DNA from: Candidatus Cloacimonadales bacterium
GTDB lineage: Bacteria > Cloacimonadota > Cloacimonadia > Cloacimonadales > JAIOQZ01
DNA: 64,000 nucleotides
Direction: 5' to 3'
NCBI GenBank assembly: GCA_963665815.1
Contig: OY762463.1
Location: forward strand, 2,944,001-3,008,000
Positions 27,213-37,686 of the stretch are shown here, piece by piece (positions within the stretch are counted from its first letter, which is position 1; each line of letters opens with the position of its first letter). The translations under genes were made by a program, and so were the position numbers. The notes beneath the pieces are model-generated. The model did no database searches. It was given only the letters and a program-made list of their open reading frames with translations, and was not told where the DNA came from.

Positions 27213-29486
27213 ATGAAAAAAACTATTATACTATTATTGTTTGTGTCAATTTACATGTTTTTGTCATCTGTAGATGTACAGAATCAGGTTCAGAAATTAA
27301 TGGCAAGTGATGGAGAAAACAGCGATTATATGGGTTGTTCAGTTGATATTGACGGTAATTGGCTTGTTGTCGGAGCTAAAGGCGATAATGACTATGGTGA
27401 AAGCAGTTGATCAGCTTATGTGTTTCAGTATGACAATGGAACATGGTCTCAGCATTCAAAGCTTGTTGCGGGAAGCGGTAATATGCATGATGACTTTGGC
27501 TATTCTGTTGCAATCTCAGGAAGCTATATTGTAGTTGGTTGTCCGGGAGATGACAATGCAGTCAACGATGTAGGTTCTGTCTATATATATCACTATGATA
27601 ACAATAACTGGACATTCATGACTGTACTTTATGCTTATGATGCTGCTTACGCAGACTATTATGGAAACTGTGTAGATATTTCGGGTAATTATGCAGTTGT
27701 TGGAGCTTATGGTGATGATGATGGAGGATCAGAATCAGGATCAGCCTACGTTTACGAGCTCAGTAATGGGAATTGGATATTCGACACAAAACTAACTGCC
27801 TCAAATCCTTCTTCCGGTGATAATTTCGCCTACTCTGTTAGTATTGACGGTGACAGAATAATATGTGGATCAGACAGAGAAGACAGCCGAGGTTATAATT
27901 CCGGTCTGGCTTACATTTATCAGCTTCAGAATGGTAACTGGCTGGAAAGATGGACAGTTTATGGAGCAGATACCTGGAGTGAAGAGCATTTTGGTATTGC
28001 TGTTAATATCAATGGTGATTATGCAATTGCTGGTGCAACGGGACAGGATGATAATGGAGATGATTCAGGTTGTGCTTATATCTATCACTATAATAATGAT
28101 GCATGGTATCAGCAGACAAAACTTGTTCCATCCGATGGAGCAGAGAATACAAGATTCGGAAGTTCAGTATCAACTTACGGAAATTCTGCAGTGATAGGTG
28201 CAATAATGGATAATGCTCAAGGTAGTATGTCCGGTGCAGCATACATTTTTCAGTTGGACAGTGGAAACTGGGTAGAAAGAAAAAAGATGCTTCCATCTGA
28301 TGGGGCTGCCATGGACTTCTTTGGAGGCAACGTAGCAATGTATGGAGCTAAAGCAGTTGTAAGCTGCGAACGAGATGATACTAATGCATCTGATGCAGGT
28401 GCAGCTTATATGTATACTATTGCAAATTATTATGTTCCACCTTCAGCACAGCAGGAAGTTGTGTCAGCAGATGACACTTCGGAAATACCCTTTAACGATG
28501 TTGAAGTAAGCTTAAGATTTACAGGAAGCCATGTAGAAACAACAATAGATTTAACTAAGAATTTTCAGGAACCAAATGTAGTTGGAGGATTACCTGCAGG
28601 AGTTGTTAATCTGGCGAAAAACTACTGGCAAGTTGAATCTTCTGCGGGGAATGTCGGAACTTATGACATAACTTTCGATCTTAGTGGAGTTTCAGGAATT
28701 GAAAACTTTGCTACACTAAAGATTCTCAAGAGAGATGACGACAGCTCTCCATGGCAGGATGTAGTTGCTGATCTGGGAGCAACTCTTGTTTATAACAATC
28801 CTTATATCACTGTGCAGGGATTAAACGCCTTCTCAGAGTTTGTACCGGCAGGAGATAATGACAACTCACTTCCTGTTACTCTATCTTTCTTCAATGCAGT
28901 TCAGACTTCTGATAATAACGTTCTTATTGAATGGAGTACTGCTTCCGAAACTGAAATGAATGGATTTAACCTTTATAGAAACAACGAAAACAATAAAACT
29001 AATGTGGCTTTAGTAAATACTCAGATTATTAACTGCAATAATTCTTCAACAGGTGGAACATACAGCATAAGAGATTTCGATGTTGATTATAATAATACTT
29101 ATTACTACTGGTTGGAAAGTGTTTCTCTTGATGGCAATAGTGATTTCTACGGACCTGTCAGAGTTACAATTGAGAAGAAAAAAGATGATGATAATCCTGT
29201 AGAATTTATAAAACTTGGAATCCAGGGAATCTATCCCAATCCATTCAATCCTGAAACAAACATAGATTACTCTGTTAAGGAAGAAACAGCAGTTCAGGTT
29301 TCAGTATATAACATGAAAGGTCAGAGAGTTAAGACTCTGGTGGATAAATCTGTTTCAGCAGGTGATCATAAAGTGGTCTGGCAAGGTGACTCAGATTCAG
29401 GAAATTCTGTATCATCCGGTGTATACTTTGTGAAGATGATTACAGGGAACCACATAGAAACTCGTAAGATTGTGCTGATGAAATAA
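27213..29486 (+). pseudogene. Secreted FG-GAP-repeat beta-propeller protein with T9SS/FlgD-like CTD, interrupted by one in-frame TGA (27408-27410)
   Basis: ORFs 27213-27410 and 27420-29486 are in the same frame. ESS*SAYV aligns with sibling repeats such as ESGSAYV. Signal peptide at the start, YPNPFNPET CTD at the end. Confidence 0.8.
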
Positions 29487-29632
29487 TGCAATTGGATCTA
29501 AGTTTAACAAATAATAGTTAAACTTTGGTTTGTATTATTCAGCGTTACAGAAATGAAAATTTCTAAGTGGCAAACTATGTATATATTAGGACGATGCCTT
29601 ATATTGCGAATAGTATGAAAAATATTATATTT

Positions 29633-29660
29633 GAGAGACGCTTTAACCGGCGTCTCTTTT
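29633..29660 (+). terminator. Probable terminator hairpin
   Basis: AGAGACGC-TTTAACCG-GCGTCTCT followed by TTT, between convergent genes. Confidence 0.55.
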
Positions 29661-29849
29661 ATTGCTTCATATAGTATAGAAGATTAGGCAAGGATAAGGC
29701 ATGGCGCTACAGGACATAAATAGAGATACAGCATTTTGTGTCTCAAACGATATGCAAGTTTTCCACCTGTGTAACATGCTAAAACCTTAATTTCCCTTAT
29801 TTTCTGTGCTCTTTATAATATAATTTAGATTATAATAATTGAAATTATA

Positions 29850-30134
29850 TCAATCTGAGTCAGGGTGTAAAACTACCGCTGAATTATCTAATCTCTCAAA
29901 CTCTCGTTTCAGTTCTTCTTTAACTTCTTTCGGTAAGCTGTGCCAGCGGATTCCCCTGATCGCACCTTCCAATGCATACAGCATATTTATACAGCCGGAA
30001 TCCGATTCAAGTCTTATTTTCTGCAATGCATTCTGACTACCGGTTCCAATTAACTTTTCGGGAGTATCGATCCCTACTGATATCAGTTTGTCAGCTAGTG
30101 TTTTTCCAATATTTGGTAGATCAGTCAGTTGCAA
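29850..30134 (-). CDS. TfoX/Sxy C-terminal domain protein
   Basis: LTDLPNIGK..L..VGI.T..L, LYALEGAIRGIRW..L..EVKEEL. Confidence 0.85.
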   Translation of the reverse strand: MQLTDLPNIGKTLADKLISVGIDTPEKLIGTGSQNALQKIRLESDSGCINMLYALEGAIRGIRWHSLPKEVKEELKREFERLDNSAVVLHPDSD

Positions 30135-30462
30135 AATTCACCTCATCAAATGCTTTCAGGGCCGAAGGCAACGCCCGAGTTACTTTGTGTCCTACTGCAG
30201 GTAAACCCAGCATTATTGCACTGATTATCTCATCTCTGGTTATACCCTGTTCTTTAGCTTCCAAAACATGGAACGGTATTCCTGAATGATTGCCTGTCAC
30301 TGCCAGTACAGCAAGATAGGCTAGACTATAGGTCTTTGCATCCAGACTGCTTGCTCCGGAAATCTTTCCTATCATCTCTCTCCAGGCTTCTGCCTGCTTA
30401 GGGGCTTGTGTCATAAATGCTTTGAATGCATCACTTATGTAATCGTATTTGTTCATGTTCAC
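30121..30462 (-). CDS. Carboxymuconolactone decarboxylase (AhpD-like) family protein
   Basis: SLDAKTYSLAYLAVLAV..GIPFHV..AK..GITRDEIISAI pattern. No CxxC. Confidence 0.8.
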   Translation of the reverse strand: MNMNKYDYISDAFKAFMTQAPKQAEAWREMIGKISGASSLDAKTYSLAYLAVLAVTGNHSGIPFHVLEAKEQGITRDEIISAIMLGLPAVGHKVTRALPSALKAFDEVNFATD

Positions 30463-30713
30463 TCCTTATGCATTTTCTGCCAGTGAGGAAGCTTCATCAG
30501 ATTGAATTTTGCCGTTTCTCTTGCTTCTTTTTCTGTTACACCGGTTCTTTTCATTATGAAATCCGTCATATCTTCTACTTTCTGATCGAATGTTTTCATG
30601 TTTCCATTTTCATCGGTGCAGTATACACAGAAGTTTCTGGTTGCATCTCCGTTGCTGAACTGCTCAGCCGTTTCCATTGGCATTCCACAGCAAATACATA
30701 CTTTTTTATCCAT
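30459..30713 (-). CDS. Putative zinc-ribbon domain protein
   Basis: CICCGMPM ... FCVYC ... LPHW pattern. Confidence 0.75.
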   Translation of the reverse strand: MDKKVCICCGMPMETAEQFSNGDATRNFCVYCTDENGNMKTFDQKVEDMTDFIMKRTGVTEKEARETAKFNLMKLPHWQKMHKE

Positions 30714-30725
30714 AGTCCTGTCCTT

Positions 30726-31322
30726 TTAATGATTAGGCTGCCAAGGATATTCTCCAGCAACAGCCAGGGTTGTTTTTATAATTGTTTGACTCTTATGTTT
30801 TATAACACTTCCGGATTCAGCGAATTTCTTCTTATGTCTGAGATAATACTCCAGTTGCGAGAAAAACACATTGATTATCTCGGTAGGACTGAAATCAAAG
30901 GTCGTTGTTTTCAATCGGCTGAATACCCCGTCTCTCACAATTACTTCCACAGCAAGAATGATTCTCTGAATATCTTCAGAATACAACGGATACTCGACTG
31001 CTATCATTGAGTAAAAATCCTCGTTTTTTGCAACGAAATTCAGATATTCTCTCAAGTAAGCAGTCAGTTCTGAAGTTTCAATTGATTTAAGCTCTGTGAA
31101 GAACGAGCCTGTCATTTCCATGAGGATTTCTCGGATAAGATGATCGACATTTTCAAAATGAGCGAATAGCGTTCCGTTAGCAATTCCGCACTCACGGGCA
31201 ATCATTCTTGAGCTGGTATTCAGTATACCGTGATGAATAAACAGCTCTTTTGTCTTATAAAGAATAGTATTTCTAGTATTCTTTTTTGCGGTTTTTCTTT
31301 TGTTTTTCTTTTCGTTGAGCAT
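30726..31322 (-). CDS. TetR/AcrR family transcriptional regulator
   Basis: TRNTIL..KELFIHHG..TSSRMIARECGIANGTLFAHF HTH. Confidence 0.9.
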   Translation of the reverse strand: MLNEKKNKRKTAKKNTRNTILYKTKELFIHHGILNTSSRMIARECGIANGTLFAHFENVDHLIREILMEMTGSFFTELKSIETSELTAYLREYLNFVAKNEDFYSMIAVEYPLYSEDIQRIILAVEVIVRDGVFSRLKTTTFDFSPTEIINVFFSQLEYYLRHKKKFAESGSVIKHKSQTIIKTTLAVAGEYPWQPNH

Positions 31323-31358
31323 GTGCTCAAGGTATAGGGATATGCATTTTCATGTCAA
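31315..31358 (-). promoter_or_regulatory. Promoter and palindromic operator overlapping the TetR start codon
   Basis: Minus-strand TTGACA (31353-31358), a -10-like element (~31329-31336), and the palindrome TTGAGCA-TG-TGCTCAA (31315-31330). Confidence 0.6.
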
Positions 31359-31485
31359 CAAATTATTTCTGTTCATGTTTGAGTTAAAATCTTTTGACAA
31401 TAATAGCCACAAACATTTTCTTGTTTTCAGTAGAGTCTTAACATTCGAAGATAAAGTAGTAATCGGGGTAATCAGTTAACATTCA

Positions 31486-31541
31486 GAAAGCTTTGCATAA
31501 TTGCAAAATCGAGTCAACTACACCGATCAGGCAAAGATCTC
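31486..31541 (-). mobile_element. MITE family A, short copy in reverse orientation
   Basis: Reverse complement reads GAGATCTTTGCCTGATCGGTGTAGTTGACTCGATTTT...TTATGCAAAGCTTTC. 5-bp direct repeat ATTCA on both sides. Confidence 0.7.
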
Positions 31542-31573
31542 ATTCATTAAAAGTAAAAACAAAAGGGGTAATT

Positions 31574-31897
31574 ATGAAAAAGAGAATTCATCTTGATTCA
31601 TTCCATGTTGCCGGATTCCAGTACTACAATGGGGCATCTGTCTGGGCAGAGCTGGAGTTGGGGACAAAGCTGGACTTAGTTCCGGAACCTGAAAACAGAC
31701 ATGATGAACATGCTGTGGCAATCACGTACAAAAACAGTAAAATAGGATTTGTTCCATCTCAGAGGAATACTATGCTGGCAAAGCTTTTGAATGCAGGATA
31801 TCTGAGCAGAGCATTGGAATTGATCGTACAGAAAAAAGATTCAAGTGAACATACTGAAAGACAATTGTATGTAGGATTGTTTATCAAAGAAAAATAG
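31574..31897 (+). CDS. HIRAN domain protein
   Basis: FHVAGFQYY, L.PEPENRHDEHAVAI, KIGFVP. GGGG RBS before 31574. Confidence 0.88.
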   Translation: MKKRIHLDSFHVAGFQYYNGASVWAELELGTKLDLVPEPENRHDEHAVAITYKNSKIGFVPSQRNTMLAKLLNAGYLSRALELIVQKKDSSEHTERQLYVGLFIKEK

Positions 31898-31918
31898 CGT
31901 ATTTGAAATCAATAATAA

Positions 31919-31949
31919 AAAAGGACTTCCTTTTTGAGGGAAGTCCTTT
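31919..31949 (+). terminator. Terminator hairpin after the HIRAN gene
   Basis: AAAGGACTTCC ... GGAAGTCCTTT stem. Confidence 0.7.
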
Positions 31950-31959
31950 AATATTTATG

Positions 31960-33252
31960 GGCACCGCCCCCTAAAGTGTGTCTGATTTGACAAGAAATAG
32001 AAAAGAATCTCCAATAGTAAAAAAGAGCCAAAAGGAGGTTCTTATGAAATTGACAACAAGTCAATTGAGTATTGTGTTAGACACGGCAATTGTCGAACAC
32101 GGATTAAACAACGTATTGGAAACAATACTAAACTGTTTGATGAAATTAGAGTGGACAGAATTTTTACGTCAAACAATATCTTCAAAAAACAAAGGGAATG
32201 GTTATAGAATAGGTAAAGCTATCGGCTTGGGAGCAGAGATAAAGCTTCAAATTCCAAGAGATATACTCGGTCAATTCTATCCAATATTGCTCACATTGAT
32301 CAGAAACCAGGAAGAAGAACTTCATCAACTTGCATTCACTTTATATTCCAAGGGTCTTTCAGTACGAGATGTAAGTGATGTATTTGATAAACTGTATGGT
32401 TCGAAGTATTCCAAGTCAAATGTAAGTAGAATAAATCAAAGTTTTGTTAAAGAAATGGAATTATGGAGAAACAGACAATTAGATGTTAGTTATCCACTGT
32501 TTATGGTAGATGCAATACATACCAGAATACGCAGGTCACCTAAGGCAGAAGTAGAAGCAATTTGAACAGTTATGGGATTACGTAGTGATATGAGCAGAGA
32601 TATATTAGCCATAGAAAGCATCCCACAAGAGAGTGCTTCTGGCTGGGAATCATTATTCTCAAGTTTGTAAGATCGAGGATTAGAATCTGTCAATTTAGTA
32701 ATTGCTGATGGTTTAATGGGACTTGAACAAAGTATTGCAAACGTCTTTCCGGGTGCAGCGTTCCAGAAATGTGTAACTCATTTTAAACGTAATATATTAA
32801 ACAAAACAAGGTACTCGGACAGGGCTGAAATAGCTGCTGATTTGAAACTTATTTTGTTACTAATGACTCAGGATATAAAATATCAAATGCGATCGAGAAC
32901 TTTGAAAACTTCATTACAAAATGGATGAAAACATATCCCTTCATAAGAAGATATAGAAACAGATCAGGCTTAATTTACAATTTTACATATTTGAATTATG
33001 ACTACAGAATAAGAAGTATGATCTATACAACCAACTGGATAGAAAACCTTAATAAACAGTTCAGAAGAGTTCTGAAAATAAAAAACTCAATGCCTTCTAA
33101 TGAATCTGCTTTGCTTCTTATTAGTAAAATAGCAATGGATAAATAGAAAAATATTTACAATATCCTCTGTAGACTTTTAAATTTGACGATAATAATATGA
33201 TATAAATTAAAAATATAGATGAGGTTCTATACACACTTATTAGGACAGTCCC
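31960..33252 (+). mobile_element. IS256-family insertion sequence, degenerate
   Basis: Imperfect 22-bp terminal inverted repeats (GGCACCGCCCCCTAAAGTGTGT vs GGGACTGTCCTAATAAGTGTGT, 15/22) and 8-bp target duplication TATTTATG (31952-31959 and 33253-33260). Confidence 0.88.
32044..33146 (+). pseudogene. IS256-family transposase pseudogene
   Basis: NGYR, IPRD, LYSKGLSVRD, VDAI, ADGL.GL, QKCVTHFKRN, IYTTNWIENLN. In-frame stops at 32563 and 32668, plus a frameshift between ~32845 and 32925. Confidence 0.88.
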
Positions 33253-33310
33253 TATTTATGCGACAAGATTCTATCGTATTGTATTGATGTCAAATTATTT
33301 ATAATTAAGA

Positions 33311-33336
33311 AAGCCTGCAGAAAGTTCCACAGGCTT
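33311..33336 (-). terminator. Probable terminator of the PKD-domain gene
   Basis: AAGCCTG ... CAGGCTT stem downstream of 33375. Confidence 0.45.
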
Positions 33337-33374
33337 ATATATTAAAAGTTAAAAACTTTTCAAGAAAGCAAAAA

Positions 33375-35978
33375 CTACTTTAACAACACGCACTTACTTG
33401 TTTTAAGTGCTTTTCCGTTAAGTTTAAGCTGGTAGAAATACACACCGGAACTGACATTCTTGTTGTTGCTGTCTTTTCCCTCCCAGAGTATTCTATGATT
33501 CCCCTGCTCTATATAATCATTCACAAGTGATGTCACTTTCTGACCTTTAAGATTGTACACGGCAATTTCAACATCTCCGCTTTTCGGAATAGAATAAGCA
33601 AAAGTTGTACTTGGGTTGAACGGATTAGGGTAGTTTGATATCTGTGTAAATATTAGCGAATCCGGTTCTTCCGGATCATCATCAGGTACTAAAATATCAG
33701 TAGGAGGTTCAGCCTCAAATAGACTACTTTCATAAAGCAAAATTTCAAATCCTACTGACAATGCTAAAAAATCATTGTTCAACGCCATACCCCACACATC
33801 CATGCCATTATCAATGGTTTTAGGAAGCGATATACCATTATTAAATTTTTTGAAGATAACTGGGTTGCAAAATGGATATGACTCGGAGACAGCGATATGT
33901 GAAGAACTCTGAACAATTAAATCAGTTGCTAAATTAACTTCAAAAACTTGAGTATTGAACCATCCAGATTCAAATTCTTTATACACTTCTAAATTATAGT
34001 ATTCAAAAACAACATAATCTGTAACGTAGTTTACCGCATAAACAGAATTACTATCTGCTGCAATCTTAGTGAATTTGCCATATTCGTTGGGATTAACAAT
34101 TTCGTCGCTTAAAAGCCAGCTGTTATCTGTTTTTGTTATCTCAATCAATCTGTCATAGAAAGATACAAACATTTTATTGTCACAAACACTGATATCAGCA
34201 ATTTTCGTATCAGAACTGCCAATACTTATAGACTGAGTTTCGTAAAAATCATTGTCTACATCATAAATATGCAGCATCAATAAACTGTCATCAGTTGATT
34301 TTCCAACTGCAAAATTATCCTCGAAATAAATAATTTCACTGGAAACTGTTACTTCATTCTCTTCAAAGTCTTCAGAACGTGTATCTATTAGTACATTTGA
34401 GTCATCTACAATTAATATCTTGTTTTTGCCGAAGTAATATTTCTCATCATGGTTCCACAAATTTCGTATATTGTGAGCATATTCATACTCTCCATCAACA
34501 TTTCTATATAAGCTATATCCTTCCACCCAGCTATCAACATTATAATATTCATAATTAAAAACAAGGAATTGATCCATTAAGTGCAAATCCCATCCTAACT
34601 GATAATCATACAAAAGATATGGCCAATCAGAGAGATCCAGAACATCATACTCATAATGAACACTTTGCACCTTAATAAAATCGTATTTTGTTAAAGTATG
34701 TGTGTTAGAATCATTTGATATTGTTAAAGTAACACTGTAAGTTCCGGGTTGAGTATATGAAAAAACTGGATTTTCTTCATAAGAATCTATTGTTCCATCC
34801 CCATCCAGGTCCCACTCAAAATATTCAGCTTGTTTAGATAGATTATGAAATGAAACCTGTCTTCCTGTTCCTGTGATATTTGTATCGGCTTCAAAGTTTG
34901 CTGAAAAGTCAGGAAATTCCATTGTCCAGACTATACCGTCGTAATAATTATATATGACATTCGGAGATATCAATTCTTCTGATTGAGACAAACTAAACTG
35001 TCCATGTTCTTTAAACATATCATTTTCTATATAATACCAATATTTCCCTATAAATACATTGTCTCCAGATGAGTATGGTTGACTCCTAAAATTCAAATGT
35101 TCAATATCCATTTCAAGAGTATCTATAGCAAAAAGATTAAAATTATCATGTTCAAACAAGTAATAATTATCATTGTTATAAGCTACAAACTTATTATCAT
35201 CAACAAAGCTCAAATAAGTTGATCCCGATTCAAGTGGTATTTCATCATAATTAGCCCACGTACGATTTATCAGCGTTGAGTCTGTGACTTCAAATAGAAG
35301 CAGACCATTGTAATATTCTCGACAATACCATCTCACAGACAATAATAAACTATTTTCTAAAATCCATAAATCATAAACATTCATATCTAGTACTATAGAG
35401 GTGCAATATTCAAATTTCCCATTAGTTAATTGATAATATACCAAGTAGCTTTGTTCATAACCTGAATAACCTATTACTAAGTCATTACCATTGGTTTTTA
35501 TCAACTCACCAAAATTGCGGTATTGCCAACTCTCAGAAAATTCTTCAGGAATTTCTATTCTCTGTATTATTTTCCAGTTGTTTGAATTGTTCTCAAATAC
35601 ATATACAACATTCTGAGTATCTGCAGCCGCAGTAGCAAACAATCTATTGTTTTTATAACACATGGATGATCCAATTTCTGAGACAGTTATTGAATCTGAC
35701 ACTGTAATGAGTTGGTTATACTCCCAAATACTCTGACTGTTCTTAGCATAATAGAAAATGCCTTCATAGTCATTCATTTTTACGAATATTTTGTTTTCAT
35801 TCCCAGAGGAAATAATACAATCAGCATTAAACTTATCCCCCGTGTAGATATCAGGCAAAGGTAATGTTTGTGTGTTAAACAAGTTTACATCAATATCACT
35901 TGTGAATGCAGCAATATTGGCAATAAATAACACAATAAAAAGTAAAGCAAATGCATTTTTTTTAGACATAGTCATCAT
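33375..35978 (-). CDS. Secreted protein with PKD domain and T9SS/FlgD-like CTD
   Basis: Signal peptide, PKD motif (VSFHNLS..FEWDLDGDGTIDS..NPVFSYTQPGTYSVTLT), NYPNPFNPST..KGQKV..SSGVYFY CTD. Confidence 0.8.
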   Translation of the reverse strand: MMTMSKKNAFALLFIVLFIANIAAFTSDIDVNLFNTQTLPLPDIYTGDKFNADCIISSGNENKIFVKMNDYEGIFYYAKNSQSIWEYNQLITVSDSITVSEIGSSMCYKNNRLFATAAADTQNVVYVFENNSNNWKIIQRIEIPEEFSESWQYRNFGELIKTNGNDLVIGYSGYEQSYLVYYQLTNGKFEYCTSIVLDMNVYDLWILENSLLLSVRWYCREYYNGLLLFEVTDSTLINRTWANYDEIPLESGSTYLSFVDDNKFVAYNNDNYYLFEHDNFNLFAIDTLEMDIEHLNFRSQPYSSGDNVFIGKYWYYIENDMFKEHGQFSLSQSEELISPNVIYNYYDGIVWTMEFPDFSANFEADTNITGTGRQVSFHNLSKQAEYFEWDLDGDGTIDSYEENPVFSYTQPGTYSVTLTISNDSNTHTLTKYDFIKVQSVHYEYDVLDLSDWPYLLYDYQLGWDLHLMDQFLVFNYEYYNVDSWVEGYSLYRNVDGEYEYAHNIRNLWNHDEKYYFGKNKILIVDDSNVLIDTRSEDFEENEVTVSSEIIYFEDNFAVGKSTDDSLLMLHIYDVDNDFYETQSISIGSSDTKIADISVCDNKMFVSFYDRLIEITKTDNSWLLSDEIVNPNEYGKFTKIAADSNSVYAVNYVTDYVVFEYYNLEVYKEFESGWFNTQVFEVNLATDLIVQSSSHIAVSESYPFCNPVIFKKFNNGISLPKTIDNGMDVWGMALNNDFLALSVGFEILLYESSLFEAEPPTDILVPDDDPEEPDSLIFTQISNYPNPFNPSTTFAYSIPKSGDVEIAVYNLKGQKVTSLVNDYIEQGNHRILWEGKDSNNKNVSSGVYFYQLKLNGKALKTSKCVLLK

Positions 35979-36088
35979 TATCCCCCTTATCTGCTACTGA
36001 CATACCCCTATATCAGATACAGATATTTAATAATCATATATGCAAAATTAGTTTCAAAACTAAATTAATTAATTGACTTTTTTCTGTA

Positions 36089-36931
36089 CTAATTACTTCT
36101 CTTCATATTGATAAATTCATTACCGTAATTCAGAGACATTGTACTTTTCTTAAGAACACCGCTTCCATGTGACAGTTTAATTCTGTCTCTGTCAGTCTGT
36201 TCCCAGTTACCTCTGATATGCATTGATCCATCATCGTAAGAAAGTGTATAATAAGCATCATTCTGGATAACAAGGGTAATACCTCCAAGTTTTGACATTC
36301 CCTTCCAGATTCCAACAGGATTATACATGCTGTTACGTTCAATAATTATCTTTTCTGCTTTTTCTTTTTTAATTGCAAGTTTTCTCTGCTGCTCTTTAAT
36401 CACTACAAGTTTTCTGGCTTTCATTCGTTTTGTACTGTTTATAATCTGGTTCGCATGGAAATCATCTTCCTGAGATACATTCATAAGTGCTTCACTGAAA
36501 GACTGTTCAGATTCCAGAAACTGATTAAGTGAGTCGTGTGCAACAGCTTTATAGTAGTTAGCTCTCCAATCCATTTCGTTCAGCATTAGAGCTTTTCTGG
36601 TTGCTTCCAGAGCTTTTTCATATTTATTCTGTTTAATCAGCAGTTCTGCTTTGAGTACATAAGCTTGAATAAAGTCACTATTTTTTTTAATGAAATTGTC
36701 TATTTTTTCTAAAGCTTGATTAACTCCAAGTGTTCTAATATAAAGAAACTCAGCTTCTGGAGATTCAGGTTTTGCATCATATAGACTCTTGTATGTTTTT
36801 GTTAGTGAATCAGCTGCTTCAGGAAGAGCTTTGTCCTGAACTGTCATGTGATAATCCAGGTTTTTTACGCCTTTCATACATCCTGTAATCAATACAAGAA
36901 CAATGATTAGAAAAAATAAACTTTGCTTCAT
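36089..36931 (-). CDS. TPR-repeat lipoprotein
   Basis: Lipobox LITGC and TPR-like helices (AYVLKAELL..YEKALE..KAL; ANYYKAV..). Confidence 0.7.
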   Translation of the reverse strand: MKQSLFFLIIVLVLITGCMKGVKNLDYHMTVQDKALPEAADSLTKTYKSLYDAKPESPEAEFLYIRTLGVNQALEKIDNFIKKNSDFIQAYVLKAELLIKQNKYEKALEATRKALMLNEMDWRANYYKAVAHDSLNQFLESEQSFSEALMNVSQEDDFHANQIINSTKRMKARKLVVIKEQQRKLAIKKEKAEKIIIERNSMYNPVGIWKGMSKLGGITLVIQNDAYYTLSYDDGSMHIRGNWEQTDRDRIKLSHGSGVLKKSTMSLNYGNEFINMKRSN

Positions 36932-36941
36932 TAAACCTCCA

Positions 36942-37385
36942 TTATATATTCGGTGCCCATGTGGCTGTTGTTATATTTTTTAAGAAAAAAACGAGTATAT
37001 AGCATGCGAACATTCCTCCGTATACAAGCATAAATGTCAAGTCTTCAACTAAATAATTTACTTCTATCTCTGTTTTTTTCCAACTTATGTATACCAGAAA
37101 CAGTTTTGTGGTGAAAAGGAATATGAAAAGCATGAGCGGAGTATACTGCATGAAAAAATGGAAAATCATTATAGCAACAGCTGTTACCAGAAAAGATTCA
37201 ATAATATTGGTTGTGAAGCGAATGAATATAGAATCAAATGATTTACTGTCCATATTTCCTGTAGCAAATCGGATTGCAGCAGTAATCGGAAATCCGAATA
37301 CAAGTCCTATAAAATAGCTGACCCAGTGCAGAATAACTGCCATAACAATTGAAAGCCCGTAAGCAACGATTGGTAAAAGTATCAT
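36942..37385 (-). CDS. Hypothetical membrane protein
   Basis: Several hydrophobic segments, GAGG RBS, 10 nt upstream of the TPR gene. Confidence 0.55.
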   Translation of the reverse strand: MILLPIVAYGLSIVMAVILHWVSYFIGLVFGFPITAAIRFATGNMDSKSFDSIFIRFTTNIIESFLVTAVAIMIFHFFMQYTPLMLFIFLFTTKLFLVYISWKKTEIEVNYLVEDLTFMLVYGGMFACYILVFFLKNITTATWAPNI

Positions 37386-37686
37386 AGAACACCTCTTTAT
37401 AAAATACTTTGTTAATAATTATGCGTGATTTTTACAATCAAACATTGTTTCTATTACTGAAAAATTGATTGCTGAACACAATTTTGTAAAGATAAAAATT
37501 CAGAAATTTCCAGGTTTTGTGCTAATATTAAACAATATGAAAGGTTTTTTTGTAATTAGTTGACGAATTAACAGTATATACTATTTTATAGTTATAGAGA
37601 TGTTTGCATCAGTACAAAATATTAATGCATAACCGATGAAACTTATTAATCTTCATTTATGCAGGCAGCTCTTACAGAAGGTGAAT

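Noticed and set aside
27408-27410. TGA recoding (Gly as in genetic code 25, or selenocysteine)
   Set aside because: Other genes here end in TGA at expected positions (for example 643, 42174, 43208). The site is a structural Gly rather than a Cys position, and no SECIS-like hairpin is evident.
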